From: the human T2T-CHM13v2.0 reference genome, Homo sapiens
DNA: 64,000 bases
Direction: 5' to 3' (one strand)
NCBI RefSeq assembly: GCF_009914755.1
Contig: NC_060943.1
Shown one piece after another: positions 1-16,334 of this stretch. The notes under the pieces were generated by a model that saw only the letters and a list, made by a program, of their open reading frames with translations, was not told where the DNA came from and did no database searches. The first letter of the stretch is position 1, and each line of letters opens with the position of its first letter. The translations under genes were made by a program, and so were the position numbers.

Positions 1-115
1 TGGGAAGGATGGTGGGAAGGATGATGGAGAAGGATGATGGGAAGGACAATGGGAGGATGACCGAGAAGGATGATTGGAGGATGATGGGAAAGGATAATGG
101 GAAGGATGATGGCAA
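1..115. repeat. GGAAGGATGAT-type 12-13-bp tandem repeat (truncated by the window edge)
   Basis: Direct inspection. Confidence 0.8.
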
Positions 116-212
116 CCAAGACCAACTCATCTTCACCAAGCTCATGGTGTAGCCAGAAAGTTGATCACCCACAACAGCACTGCCCACCAGAAACAGACTG
201 AGAACCTCCTAC

Positions 213-515
213 TTTTTTTTTTTTTTTTTTTTGAGACAATATGTTGCTCTATCACCCAGGCTGGAGAGTGCAGTGGTGCAATCATAGCTCACTGGAGCCT
301 CCAACTTCTGGGCTGAAGTGATCTTCCCACTTCAGCCTCTGGAGTAGCTAGGACTATAGGCATGTGTCACCATCCCTGGCTAATTTCTTTTTTGTGTGTG
401 GAGATGGGATCTTGCTATGTTGCCCAGGCTGGTCTTTAACTCCTGGCCTCAAGCAATCCCCCTGCCTTAGTCTCCCAAAGCACTGGGTTTACAGGCATGA
501 ACCACCATGCTCGGC
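213..515 (-). mobile_element. Alu (J-like)
   Basis: Poly-T head and diverged Alu body. Confidence 0.85.
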
Positions 516-812
516 CATTTTTAAATTTTCTAGTAGTTGTATCAAAAAAAGAGAAACACGTGAAATTAATTTTAATAATACATTTTATTAACCCCCATAT
601 GCAAAATAATATCATTTCTGCATATGAACATTACAGGTGAGATATTTCACATTCTTCTTTTCATGCTGTCCTCCCAGCCTGGCATGTTTTGCACTCTCTG
701 CCTCAGTGTGGAGCGTCCACAGTTCCAGTGCTCCAGCGTCACCTGTGACCTGTGGACGCTGTGTCGGGCAGCACAGGTCTAGAGAGTAGAGCCTAGGACT
801 GATCCCTTGGGC

Positions 813-990
813 CAGTGGTGCTCAGCCATGGGTGTTGCTGCCCCCAGGGGACACTTGGCTATGTCTGGAGACATTCTTGGCTGCCAGGACCAGGAGTGCT
901 GATGACATCTAGTGACTGGAGAACTACAACGCTGTTCCTCCCAACAGAAGACCCTCAAATGTCAATGGTGTCAAGATGGGGAAATGCTGC
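813..990 (+). mobile_element. MER20 (hAT) copy
   Basis: CCCCAGGGGACACTTGGCTATGTCTGGAGACATT. Confidence 0.7.
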
Positions 991-1965
991 CTTAGTGGAT
1001 GGGCACTTATTAATCGCCTACTGCATACAGGGTGAGATCGCAGGGCGTCCTTGGCATACAGCAGATTACTCATGCAGAACGGCTCTGCTGCCAGCTCTGT
1101 GCTCACAGGCGCCACCCCACGAGCTGTTCCATGCCTATCACCATGGACAGAGGCGGAGGTCACAAAGCCAGCAGGAGTGTGGACCTAGGACTCAAGTCCA
1201 GAATGTTCTTGGCCCTGCACTGTCCTGCCCACCTACACCTGCCAGTCTGAATGTCACCCACCCTGGCCGCCATCATACGACCGCCCCAGCCCCGCCCCTC
1301 GACGGGCACCGAGGCTATTCCCACTTCACCTCCTTTACAATTTCCTGCAGTGAACTTCCCAGGCAGACCTCCTGCGCCCATGAACCAGGGTTTCTGGATT
1401 AGACACTGTGTGGTCCCTGATGAGTCACTGCACCACTGTGCATGTGTTTCCTCCTCTGAAAAACGGGCATATGTCAGCCTGACTCCACAGGGTCACTCTG
1501 AAGACAAGGGCATCTGGCCCCTTATCATTCAAACATCCTCTTCCAGCCTTCCCTCACTCCAGCAAATGGCACCTCCAGACCCATGCTGACTTGGATCCAA
1601 ACCCCTGGGGCCGCTTCCTGGATCCAAAGCCCACTCAGCAGCTGACTGCTGCTCTCCACCTCACAGCCACGGCCCAGTCCAGGGCCCCATCCCCCCCCAA
1701 CACCCACCCCCACCTCCTCAGGGATCCCTGGGACGCCTCTCCCAGCCCCAAAAGGCCACTCTATGTCAGCCAGAGCCAGCTCTTCACACATGACCATGGG
1801 AAGCCCTACAGACGCCCATCCTGGCTGCCACTGTGTCTAGCACAGGCTCCTCCCCGACAGACCTCCACCTGCCTGAGTCCCCTCACCACTCCCCCAGGCA
1901 CGCAGGCTCACCCTCGTTCCAGTGACATGGAGCTATGAGATCATGGTGGGCTGAAATCAACAGAC

Positions 1966-2149
1966 CAGGGGTTCCCAACCCAGGTGACTGCCCCCAGGGG
2001 ACGCTGGGCAGTGTCCAAGGACACCTGTGGTCGTCACGACTGGGGGAGCTCCTGGCATGGGGTGAGTGGGGGCAGGGATGCCGCTAGGCACCCTGCAGTG
2101 GCCGGGACCGCCCCTCCTGGGATGTCCACAGGGCCTGCGGAAGACCCTG
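1966..2149 (+). mobile_element. MER20 copy, GC-rich variant
   Basis: CAGGGGTTCCCAACC...GTCACGACTGGG...CCCTG termini. Confidence 0.7.
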
Positions 2150-2569
2150 CAGCAGAAAGCCATCAGCTCTTCCTCTCACGGGTCCCCGGAAGCTCTGGGA
2201 TCAATCAATCCCCATGGGGCCGGCTCTGGGATCAACACTGTGTCCCCAGCTCCCCGGAAGCCCCTGCAGCCATCTTCCTTCCCTCTACCCGTCAGCCGCC
2301 ATCCTGCCTGTAAAGCCAGGCCCCGCTTTGCCTCTTCTGTGCGGCACGGGAAGGGGACGGTGCACTCATGAGACCTCCCACCCTGCCTGTGAGATCAGTC
2401 CTGGTGTGGGTGACAGCTGTCCATCACTCACTTCTGTTGCTGGGCAACGTTCCATCCCATGAAGATGCCATGATTTACTCAGAGCTTCTAGGCTGCTTCT
2501 AGCTCGGAACAACCGCAAATAATGCTGTGAACACATGTCTCTCTTGTTTTATTTATTTTTTTCTTTTCT

Positions 2570-2877
2570 TTTCTTTTTCTTTTTTTTTTTTTTTTGAGAC
2601 AGAGTTTCACTCTTGTCGCCAGGCTGCAGTGCAATGGCGCGATCTTGGCTCACCACAATCTCTGCCTCCCGGGCTCAAGCGATTCTGCTGCCTCAGCCTC
2701 CTGAGTAGCTGGGATTACAGGTGCGCACCACCACGCCCGGCTAATTTTTGTATTTTTAGTAGAGACGGGGTTTCTCCATGTTGGTCAGGCTGGTCTCGAA
2801 CTCCTGACCTCAGGTGATCCGCCCGCCTTGGCCTCCTAAAGTGCTGGGATTACAGGCATGAGCCACCGCGCCTGGCC
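2570..2877 (-). mobile_element. AluS
   Basis: Alu consensus motifs. Confidence 0.9.
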
Positions 2878-4872
2878 TCTTGTTTTATTTTTGACACAGG
2901 GTCTCATTCTGTGCTCAGGCTGGAGTGTGCAGTGACGTGATCACAGAAAGGAAACCTCAGAGCAGAGTTGGGTCTTCACATACGGTGGCCAGGAAGGCCC
3001 CCTGAAGAGGTGAAACGTTAGCAAAGGCCTGGAGGAAGTCAGGACCTCTAAGGGATGCCCAGCTGTGCAGACATCTACGGGGTGTCGGGGGAGGGCACCG
3101 CTGTGCAAAGGCCCTGGGGCAGGACCGCACCTGGCGAGGCGGAGGAGCGAGGAGGAGGCCAGGGTGGCTGCCGCAGGGTGAGGAGGGGAGAGCAGGAGGA
3201 GGGAGGGCGGGGCTGACCCAGCAGGTCGTGAAGGGCCCTGAGGACACGGAGAGGACACAGGGTTTTACCCTGAGCAGGGTGGGAGCCACGGAGGCCTCTG
3301 CTGGAGCAGAGGAGGGCACGGCCTGAATTGGGTTTGAAGGAATCGACTGAGGGTAGGAAGGTGGGGGTAGGGAAGCCCGGGGGAGGCGAGCACACCAGCC
3401 CAGGTGGGCACCACGGGGCCTGGGCTGGGGGCTGCTGTGGGATGGTCAGGAGTGGGTGGGTTCTGGGCCTGTCTTGAAGGCAGAACTCACAAGATTTTCT
3501 GAGACACTGTGGGGTGAAGGGGAGTGAGAGGAGGGGAGGGTCCTGGAAGGGCGGATGCAACCTCAACCCAGCGGAGGACCCTGCTGACCTGCTTAGTTGT
3601 TTATGGAGGGTCATTGCCGTGCTCTACCACGTAACACACGTACACACACACACACAGGTGCACGTTTACACCACGTGGGTGCGCACGATGAGGCACACAC
3701 AGGCAGGCGCGCACACACACGCGTGCTCACATAGGAACACGAAGAGGCAGGAGCCGGGCGTGCCCGAGCCCCGTGGCGCCCTGGGCATCCCAAACACCGC
3801 CTGCCCAGAACAGGTGCGCAGTGAGTGCCTGCTGAGCCAGTGAGTGGAATGAAGCTCTACAATAGTCCAGATGACAGACATGACTGCTGTGGCTGCTGCC
3901 GATCCAAGTCCCACCGTTCTTTTCTCTAGAGACAAGGTCTCACTCCACCATCCAGGCTGGCGCGATCACAGCTCACTGACGGTGGAGAAGGGTGATCAGA
4001 GAATGGTGGGAATGAGGCGGCCCTGACCTCCTGGGGTTAGCGATCCTCCCACCTCAGCCCCCTAAAGCACCGGGAGGGCAGGTGTGAGCCACGGTGCCAG
4101 CCCCAAGTTCCCGACATTCTTTCCTAAAACACATCCTCCGGCTGCAGATGAGGGTGCGACAGCTGGGAGGCAGCTCCCAGGAGGCCGGGTTCCTCCGATG
4201 ACCTGCTGTTTCTGTGTCCCTGGCACACGGCACAGCAGGAGAGGGGGAGGCCAGGTGTTTGTGGCTGCTGCCACCGGCCCGTCCAGGGTCAGCTCATGCT
4301 CCCAGCCTCCGTGATCTGCCACTCCCCACTTCCCTGAGGCTGCTCACTGCTGTCCTTTGTCCGGCGGCCAGCCCCCTGACTCAGACTCACGCGCCCTGCT
4401 GCTGCCCGCCCCTTTGTTCCCGGGAGACTCTAACAAGGAAGGCTTGTTCTTCCCGCAAGGACACAGAGAACCTGCCAGCTCCCCTCCATCCTCATCCAGA
4501 GAGAGCCTGCTGTCCCCGTGGGACAGTGAGGACAGGACCAGCTCTCAGGCTCTGCTGGGCACCCAGCCCATGCCTGGCAAGTCCTCATGTTACAGACGAG
4601 GACACCGAAGCTCAGAGGAAGGAAGGGCTTGTATTCCGAGGATTTGGGGGGCTGGAGAGGGGTCCTAGTGGGCTCTGCTGTAGCCTGCAAGGTCCTACAA
4701 GCCCAGGTCCTTCCTGCCCTCTCTGGCTGCGTTGGTCCCTCCGGACTCAGCCTCTGCACTCACCGTACATTCTGCCTGATACACCCGGTCCAACTCCCTC
4801 CCCCTCCAGGAAGGCCTTGCTCAAATCTCTCCACCTCCAGGATCTTCCTTGGACCACTGATTGATTGATTGA

Positions 4873-5627
<755 letters not shown>

Positions 5628-6189
5628 TGAGCCCACTGTGAAGTTCGCGGCGATCTGTGAGCTGGTTGGCTCATGTTGGCAGCCACGATGGGAGTATTTA
5701 CAACACAGGGGGCGGCGTGCGCTGCAAGTGAGGGCCTTTTCCCTTGGAGAGCCAGCTGTTCAACATTTCTCCGCACAGCACCACTTCGGTATTATGCCCG
5801 AGGTTTATGGCATAACTAGCCTGGCTCATGGTCTCTCTTCCCTGCTGCTCACTAGAATGTAAGCTCCTTCGGGCCGAGGTCAGCCCACCTTGCACTCTGC
5901 TGTCTCCTTGGCACTTAAAACAACGCTTGGCATACAGCAGGCACTCAATAAAGATGTGCTGGCAGGGCGCATGACGTGTGCCTGTGGTCCCAACACTTTG
6001 GAAGGCCGAGGCGGGAGGATTGCTTGAGCTCAGGAGGCGGAGGTTGCAGTGAGTGGAGATCGCACCACTGCGCTCCAGCCTGGGCCACAGAGTGAGACCC
6101 TGTGTCAAAATAATAACAAGCATGAGGCAGGGGGGATCAGCTGAGGTCAGGAGTTCGAGACCAGCCTGGCCAACATGGTGAAACTCTAT

Positions 6190-6648
6190 TAAGGGAGGAG
6201 ACCATCCCTCATATTGTCTTATGCCCAATTTCTGCCTCCAAAGAAAGAAGTAAAAACTAAAAGGCAGAAATGAAATCCACAGGCAGACAGCCCGGCGCTG
6301 TGCCCTGGGCCTGGTAGTTAAAGAGCGACCCCTGACCTACTGGGTTACGTTATCTATAGATTCCAGACATTGTATGGAAAAGCACTGTGAAAACCCTTGT
6401 CCTGTTCTGTTCCGATCTGATTGCCGGTGCATGCAGCCCCCAGTCACGTACCCCCTGCTTGTTCAATCGATCACGACCCTCTCACGCGGACCCCCTGAGA
6501 GTTGTGAGCCCTGAAGAGGGACAGGAATTGCTCACTCGGGGAGCTCGGCTCTTGGGACAGGAGTCTTGCCGATGGCCCCGGCCGAATAAACCGCTTCCTT
6601 CTCTAACTGGGTGTCTGAGGAGTTTTGTCTGCGGCTCTTCCTGCTACA
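6190..6648 (+). mobile_element. Solo LTR, LTR2/HERV-E-like, inserted into an Alu left arm
   Basis: TAAGGGAGGAGACC...CTGCTACA; 4-bp TSD CTAT at 6186-6189 and 6649-6652; AATAAA at 6585; the Alu resumes after the TSD. Confidence 0.85.
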
Positions 6649-6677
6649 CTATCTCTACTAAAAATACAAAAAAAAAA

Positions 6678-9720
<3,043 letters not shown>

Positions 9721-10049
9721 GAAGGCTTTTAAAGAAACAGTTTAGTGCCCTTTATGGTGTTTGCGACGTCGTGTAAACACCAGCTCTCTAGTCTCAAACC
9801 CGGCGAGGGCGGTTCATAGACAATTTCAGTCTCTCGACGCGACGCCGTGTGGCTTGTGCCCTTCTAGCCACCTAGACCCTCGGGAGAGGCCTGTGCGGCT
9901 CCTGGCTGGGCCCCCGTCTTCAAAGCAGCTTTTGAGTGGCCCTTTGACCCGTGAGACAGGGCCGTGGAAGCTGGGGTGAGCCTGGAGATGCCCCCGGGAG
10001 CACCAAGGCGTCAGAGCAGCTGACCAGGGCCCCAGGCCTCGCCGCTTCC

Positions 10050-10765
10050 CCAGGCAGAGCCGGCCCCAAGCCCCGCCTCTCCCCTGGGCGGAGCCAGCCC
10101 CAAGCCCCCCTCCCCTGGGCGGAGACAGCCCCAGGCCCCGCCTCTCCCCTGGGCGGAGCCAGCCCCAAGCCCCCCCTCCCCTGGGAGGAGACAGCCCCAG
10201 GCACCGCCTCTCTCCTGGGCGGAGCCAGCCCCAAGCCCCCCCCTCCCCTGGGCGGAGACAGCCCCAGGCACCGCCTCTCCCCTGGGCGGAGCCAGCCCCA
10301 AGCCCCCCCTCCCCTGGGAGGAGACAGCCCCAGGCACCGCCTCTCCCCTGGGCGGAGCCAGCCCCAAGCCCCCTCCCCTGGGCGGAGACAGCCCCAGGCA
10401 CCGCCTCTCCCCTGGGCGGAGCCAGCCCCAAGCCCCCCCTCCCCTGGGAGGAGACAGCCCCAGGCACCGCCTCTCTCCTGGGCGGAGCCAGCCCCAAGCC
10501 CCCCCCTCCCCTGGGCGGAGACAGCCCCAGGCACCGCCTCTCCCCTGGGCGGAGCCAGCCCCAAGCCCCCCCTCCCCTGGGAGGAGACAGCCCCAGGCAC
10601 CGCCTCTCCCCTGGGCGGAGCCAGCCCCAAGCCCCGCCTCTCCTCTGGGCGGAGCCAGCCCCAAGCCCCCCTCCCCTGGGCGGAGCCAGCCCCAGGCCCC
10701 GCCTCTCCCTGGGCGGAGCCAGCCCCAAGCCCCCCCTCCCCTGGGCGGAGCCAGCCCCAAGCCGG
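10050..10765. repeat. GC-rich minisatellite, ~32-bp subunits in ~65-bp dimers
   Basis: CCAGCCCCAAGCCCCCCCTCCCCTGGGCGGAGA alternating with CAGCCCCAGGCACCGCCTCTCCCCTGGGCGGAG. Confidence 0.9.
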
Positions 10766-11082
10766 CTCTCACCATAGTGTGCCTCCTGCCCCATGGACCC
10801 CCATCCCCCCAGACCCCTCCTGATTAGCTCAGGTGGGGCTGCCGTGGAGACCACACCAGCATCATCGCCTGAGGCTCCATGTCCAATTTCCCCGGGGCTG
10901 CTGGAGACTGAGCACTGCCCCAGCCCCTCACCAGGCGGTCACTGACCCCAGGGAGGCCTGTCAGCTCTGCCCAGGCTCAGCGACGTGGTCAGCTCGGCCA
11001 GCCTGCGGGGAGGGACTCGACTCGGACAAGGGTTCCTTCAGGGACCTGTGCCAGGTGGGCCACGAAGATCCTTCCTTCCTCC

Positions 11083-11527
11083 TTTTTTTTTTTTTTTTTT
11101 TTTTTTTTTTGAGACAGTCTTGCTCTGTCGCCCAGGCTGGAGTGCAATGGTGCGATCTCGGCTCACTGCAAGCTCCGCCTCTCCGGGTTCACGCCATTCT
11201 CCTGCCTCAGCCTCCTGAGTAGCTGGAACTACAGGCGCCCGCCACCACGCCCGGCTAATTTTTTTCGTATTTTTAGTAGAGACGGGGTTTCACCGTGTTA
11301 GCCAGGATGGTCTCGATCTCCTGACCTCGTGATCCGCCCGCCTCGGCCTCCCAAAGTGCTCGGATTACAGGCGCCCGCCACCACGCCTGGCTAATCTTTT
11401 TTGTATTTTTAGTAGAGACGGGGTTTCACCGTGTTAGCCAGGATGGTCTCCATCTCCTGACCTCGTGATCCACCCGCCTGGGCCTCCCAAAGTGCTGGGA
11501 TTACAGGCGTGAGCCACCGCGCCCGGT
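11083..11527 (-). mobile_element. AluY with duplicated left arm
   Basis: About 140-bp segment repeated in tandem via TACAGGCG. Confidence 0.85.
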
Positions 11528-12289
11528 CGATCCTTCCTCCTTAAACCTGATGCGGGAGCCAGGCCCACCCCCATCGTGGGCTTCATGGCTACAACTCCAC
11601 ACGTACACACGCACACACGCATGCACGCACACAGACGCATGCACACACACACATGCATGCACATGGCTACTTATTGAACCCCCTCCTGCAGCCTCCATCA
11701 ATCTCATTCCTCCCCCACTCTCCTTGCGACCCTCAGGTCTGGGGTCCTTGGACTGGGTTCAAGCCTTGTCCAACAAGGAGGCCCTGCCGTGATGGGGGTC
11801 CTCACTCCAAAGAAAAAGCCATGAGGACCCCAGAACTGACCAGTGGGTGGGAGACAGGAGAGCTGGCCCAGCTGGGTCAAGAAGGGTCTGTCAGGGCCTG
11901 GGGCGTGCTCCGCTCCTGGACAACGGCGCCCTCACAGCCCCTTCCCCTCAGGGCAACACAGTCATCTGGAACGCTCCCTCGGCAGCTGTGGACAGGGAGG
12001 CCAGGATGTGGGGTCTGGGGCTGGTGGGATGGCTGGGACCCTCCATGGGAAGGGGGGCTTCCTGGCTGGGACCCTCCATGGGAAGGGGGCTTCCTGACGG
12101 AGGCCGCCGAGGACAATGCCGGGAAGGGGATTGATGTTGGGGGCGGGGTCGAGTCTCCCAAGGACAAAAAGGAGGTCCCCGTTGCCGGCGGAAGATACGG
12201 TGTAGGCCTTCCTGTGGGACTAGGACTCAGACCCAGGGGTCTCAGGGTCCTCCCCGGCCCTCAGGCCTCTGGCCCACCTCGGTCTCTCC

Positions 12290-12530
12290 ATCCCTCTGCC
12301 TCTGCCTCTCTGTGTCTCTGTCTCTGTCTCCCTGTGTCTCTCTGCCTTCTCTCTTCCTCGCTCTGTCTCTGTCTCTCTGTGTCTCTATCTCCCTGTGTCT
12401 CTCTGCCTTGTCTCTCTTCCTTGATCTGTCTCTCCCTCTCTGTGTCTCTGTCTCCCTATGTCTCTCTTCCTCACTCTGTCTCTGTCTCTCTGTGTCTCTG
12501 TCTCTCTCTCTCTGTCTCTGTGTCTCCCTC
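12290..12530. repeat. (TCTCTG)n low-complexity tract
   Basis: Direct inspection. Confidence 0.9.
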
Positions 12531-13074
12531 ACCCCCGCCTTCCCCACCTCTGGCCGTTGAAACCTGCGGGTCCCTCTGCCTCTGGGAACCCTCCCTCCTC
12601 CTTCCTGTGTCCATCCCACCTGCCCTGTCCTCAGGGGGACCCCAGCTTTGTTGTCTCCCCGCCCCCACAAGCCTGTGGATGTGAGGGCTCGGCACACGGG
12701 GACTGTGAGCAGCGTGATCACCACGCGTGACCCAGCGGGCGGGCGGGGGACAGGGCCCTGGAGAGCTGGGACACACCCTGCAAGGGGCCTCAGCCCTCCT
12801 GGCGCCCAGTGGTCCCTCCCCACCTGCAGGAAGTAGGGTCGGGGGCTGGGAAACAGCCCATTCACCAGGCCTGCTGCCCCCCGCCCGGGTTAAGGGCCCA
12901 GCTTCCCGGGAAGGGCCTGCACCTCCGGCCTGGGGAGGGCCCCTCCTCGGAGTCTGCTTTCCGGTGAGGCCTTTCCCGGCACCAGCCTGGGCAGGAGGGG
13001 GATGGGACCCAGGGAGACAGGGCTGTGAGCTCACACACCTGGGCCCTCACCTCTGAGGGGACTGTTTCCCCACC

Positions 13075-13510
13075 CCGGGCCTCAGTTTCCCTCCTCTAGG
13101 CCTCAGTTTCTCTCCTTTGCACCCAGCCCCTCCTCTAGGCCTCAGTTTCCCTCCTCAGCACCCAGCCCCTCCCCCGAGCCTCATTTTGCCTCCTCTGCAC
13201 CCAGCCCCTCCCCTAGGCCTCAGTTTCCCTCCTTTGCACCCAGGCCCTGCCCTGGATCTCAGTTTCCCTCCTCTGGTCCCAGCCCCACCCCTGGGCCTCA
13301 GTTTCCCTCCTCTGATCCCAGCCCCTCCTCTGGGCCTCAGTTTCCCTCCTCTGGTCCCAGCCCCGCCCCTGGGCCTCAGTTTCCCTCCTCTGATCCCAGC
13401 CCCTCCTCTGGGCCTCAGTTTTCCTCCTCTGGTCCCAGCCCCGCCCCTGGGCCTCAGTTTCCCTCCTCTGGTCCCAGCCCTGCCCCTGGGCCTCAGTTTC
13501 CCTCCTCTGA
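13075..13510. repeat. 39-bp minisatellite (~10-11 units), MIR-core-like
   Basis: GGCCTCAGTTTCCCTCCTCTGGTCCCAGCCCC... Confidence 0.9.
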
Positions 13511-14353
13511 CAGGTAAGCCGATTGGCAATGCTTGGAACCCCATGGACTGGCTGCTGCTTTTTATTCCATGGCCAGGGAAACTGAGGCACAGACAGACCC
13601 TGAGGTCAGCAGGAATGCTCCATCATTTTATTCCCGCGTGCCTGCGGTGCATGGGGTCCAGGGTCACAGGACCGGCCCCTGGGTGGAGGGGAGCCAGCCA
13701 TCACGACTGCCACCACAGGCCCTCATTGAGCTAGGAGCAGAGCACCCTGGGAACCACAGCGGAGGAGGGTGGGGGGCGAGGGGGTGAGGGGGTGGGCAGA
13801 ACCTGGGTAAGGTGAGGAGCAGCCCGGGCAGAGTCCCAGAGGCCCTGGGAGGGTCCCGGTGATGCAGGGGGGTAAACAAGCCACCAGCGGAGACAGAACC
13901 AGTGTGCGGGGCTTGGAGGAACAGGTGGGTGGATTCCAGTGCGTTTGGAAGATGAGGTTCCCAGGACTCGCTGATGGCAGCTGTGAGTGGGAGTCCAGCC
14001 AGCATCCCTTCCAGATCCCTCTTGTGGACCGAGATCCAGGTCTCAGTGTAGACCAAGGAACAGAGGCAGCCCCTACTCGGGCTCCCAGGCTCCAGCCAGG
14101 CCTGCTAGGTGGGCGGCCTCTGCCCGTGTGATGGAAGGAAGCCAGGCTCAGAGATGGGGTGACTTGTCCCACGTCCTGGAGGGTCTCACAGCTCCACCAC
14201 GGCCAGGAGACTTCAGTCCAGGGGGCCTCCATCCCCAGCGACCTTCACCTGACCCCCAGGGGACCCCAGCCAACAAGACCCGGCCTGCAGCTCCGGAACG
14301 GGGGAGGGCTGCTCTCCACCGCCCCTGTGCGGCCGCCCGGGAAAGTGCAGGCG

Positions 14354-14644
<291 letters not shown>

Positions 14645-14699
14645 GAAAGTGCAGGGGACCCGCCGTCGGGGTGGGGGCGGCGCTGCCCAGCCTCTGTCC

Positions 14700-15001
14700 C
14701 ACTTCCATGCACTTGACCTCGACCCTCCGGCCTCCGTCTGCGATCTTCCCGTGCCTGAATATGAGGCTTGGAACAGACCCAGACCTTCCTGCCTGCCCGT
14801 CCTGAGTGGCCCCGGGACCCCGCCCCATCTTTGGCCCCCAGCCCCTGCCTCTCTGCCGCCTCCAGGGTCGGGGGTCAGGCCAGGAAAGCCCCTTGGGAAG
14901 CCCCCGGGGAGCAGCTGGAGCGGGGTCGCCGGGCGGCGGGAAGGAGTGGGCGCCTCTATTTAAGCGGCTTCCCCGCGGCCTCGGGACAGAGGGGACTGAG
15001 C
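14700..15001 (+). promoter_or_regulatory. MADCAM1 proximal promoter: two NF-kB sites, TATA-like box, NKX/nuclear-receptor composite site
   Basis: GGAAAGCCCC 14883-14892 and GGGAAGCCCC 14895-14904; TATTTAA 14957-14963; CACTTGA 14710-14716 overlapping TGACCT 14714-14719. Confidence 0.8.
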
Positions 15002-15053
15002 ATGGATTTCGGACTGGCCCTCCTGCTGGCGGGGCTTCTGGGGCTCCTCCTCG
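15002..15053 (+). CDS. MADCAM1: MADCAM1 exon 1 (signal peptide)
   Basis: ATG at 15002 encodes MDFGLALLLAGLLGLLL(G); donor G|GTGAG at 15054; phase 1. Confidence 0.97.
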
Positions 15054-15054
15054 G

Positions 15055-16060
15055 TGAGAAGGGGAGGGGGCGCGGGAGAGAGGAGTGAGTTAGGAGGGGG
15101 CTCAGGAGAGAGGAGGGGGCTCAGGAGAGGGGAGGGGGCTCAGGAGAGAGGAGAGGGCCCGGGAGAGAGGAGGGGGCCCAGGAGAGGGGAGGGGGCTCAG
15201 TAGAGTGGGGGGGCTCAGGAGAGAGGAGGGACGCAGGAGAGAGGAGGGGCGCAGGAGAGAGGAGGGGGCTCAGGAGAGTGGAGGGGGCTCAGGAGAGAGG
15301 AGGGGCGCAGGAGAGAGGAGGGGGCGCGGGAGAGAGGAGGGGGCGCGGAGGGGAGGGGGCGCAGGAGAGAGGAGGGGGCGCAGGAGAGTGGAGGGGGCGC
15401 GGGAGAGAGGAGGGGGCGCGGGAGAGGGGAGGGGGCTCGGGGGAGAGGAAGGGGCGCGGTGAGCGGGGAGGGGACGCGGGAGAGAGGAGGGAGTTAGGAG
15501 GGGGCTCAGGAGAGGGGAGGGGGCTCAGTAGAGTGGGGGGGCTCAGGAGAGAGGAGGGACGCAGGAGAGAGGAGGGGCGCAGGGGAGAGGAGGGGGCGCA
15601 GGAGAGTGGAGGGGGCTCAGGAGAGAGAAGGGGCTCAGGAGAGAGAAGGGGCGCAGGAGAGAGGAGGGGCGCGGAGGGGAGGGGGCGCAGGAGAGAGCAG
15701 GGGGCGCAGTAAAGTGAAGAGGACTCAGGAGAGAGGAGGGGGCGCGGGAGAGGGGAGGGGGTTTGGAAGAGAAGGGGGGCTCGGGAGAGGGGAGGGGGCT
15801 CGGGAGAGGGGAGGGGGTTCGGAAGAGAAGGGGGGCCCGGGAGAGGGGAGGGGGCCCGGGGGAGAGGAAGGGGCGCGGTGAGCGGGGAGGGGACGCGGGA
15901 GAGAGGAGGGAGTTAAGAGGGGGCGCAGGAGAGAGGAGGGGCTCGGAGGGGGCGCGGGAGAGACGAGGGGTGCTCAGAGTTAAGGGGCTCCGAGATAGGG
16001 GGTGATTGGTGATCCTGCCAGAGGAGGGGGCTCGGAGGAGGCAGGGGCTGAGAGGGGAAG
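15055..16060 (+). repeat. Purine/G-rich ~19-bp repeat filling MADCAM1 intron 1
   Basis: GGAGAGAGGAGGGGGCTCA variants. Confidence 0.9.
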
Positions 16061-16334
16061 TTGCGGGGCTCCGCGCGGCCCCCTGACCCGCAGCGAAACT
16101 GGCTCCAGGCAGCTGGGGTTCGGGGGACTGGGGCAGAGGCGGCGGTCGGGGCGGGGTTCAGGGACCGAGCCTGGGAGTCCGGGTAGCGGCGGGGCAGGGG
16201 TCCGGGGGTGCAGCGGAGGGTCCGGGAACCGGGCAGAGGCGGGGCGGGGTCCGGGGGTGGAGCGGGACGCAGGGCCGGTGGCGGGGCGGGGTCCGGGACT
16301 CCGCGGGGCTGAGCGAGAGCCGCGGTCGCCGCAG

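Noticed and set aside
4764-4860. Possible minus-strand exon with a strong ACG|GTGAGT donor
   Set aside because: No convincing acceptor or recognisable product; cannot be supported without RNA data.
9826-10854. Long ORFs (236-342 aa) over the GC-rich VNTR, and similar ORFs at 35894-37296, 43793-44741 and 53494-54639
   Set aside because: Stop-free repeat units open in several frames and both strands; low-complexity translations.
12669-12986. Alternative reading of the fossil exons as a WSC-like Cys motif or a hemicentin-like segment
   Set aside because: Key cysteines and flanking domains are missing; the LOR-like frame explains motifs across more exons.
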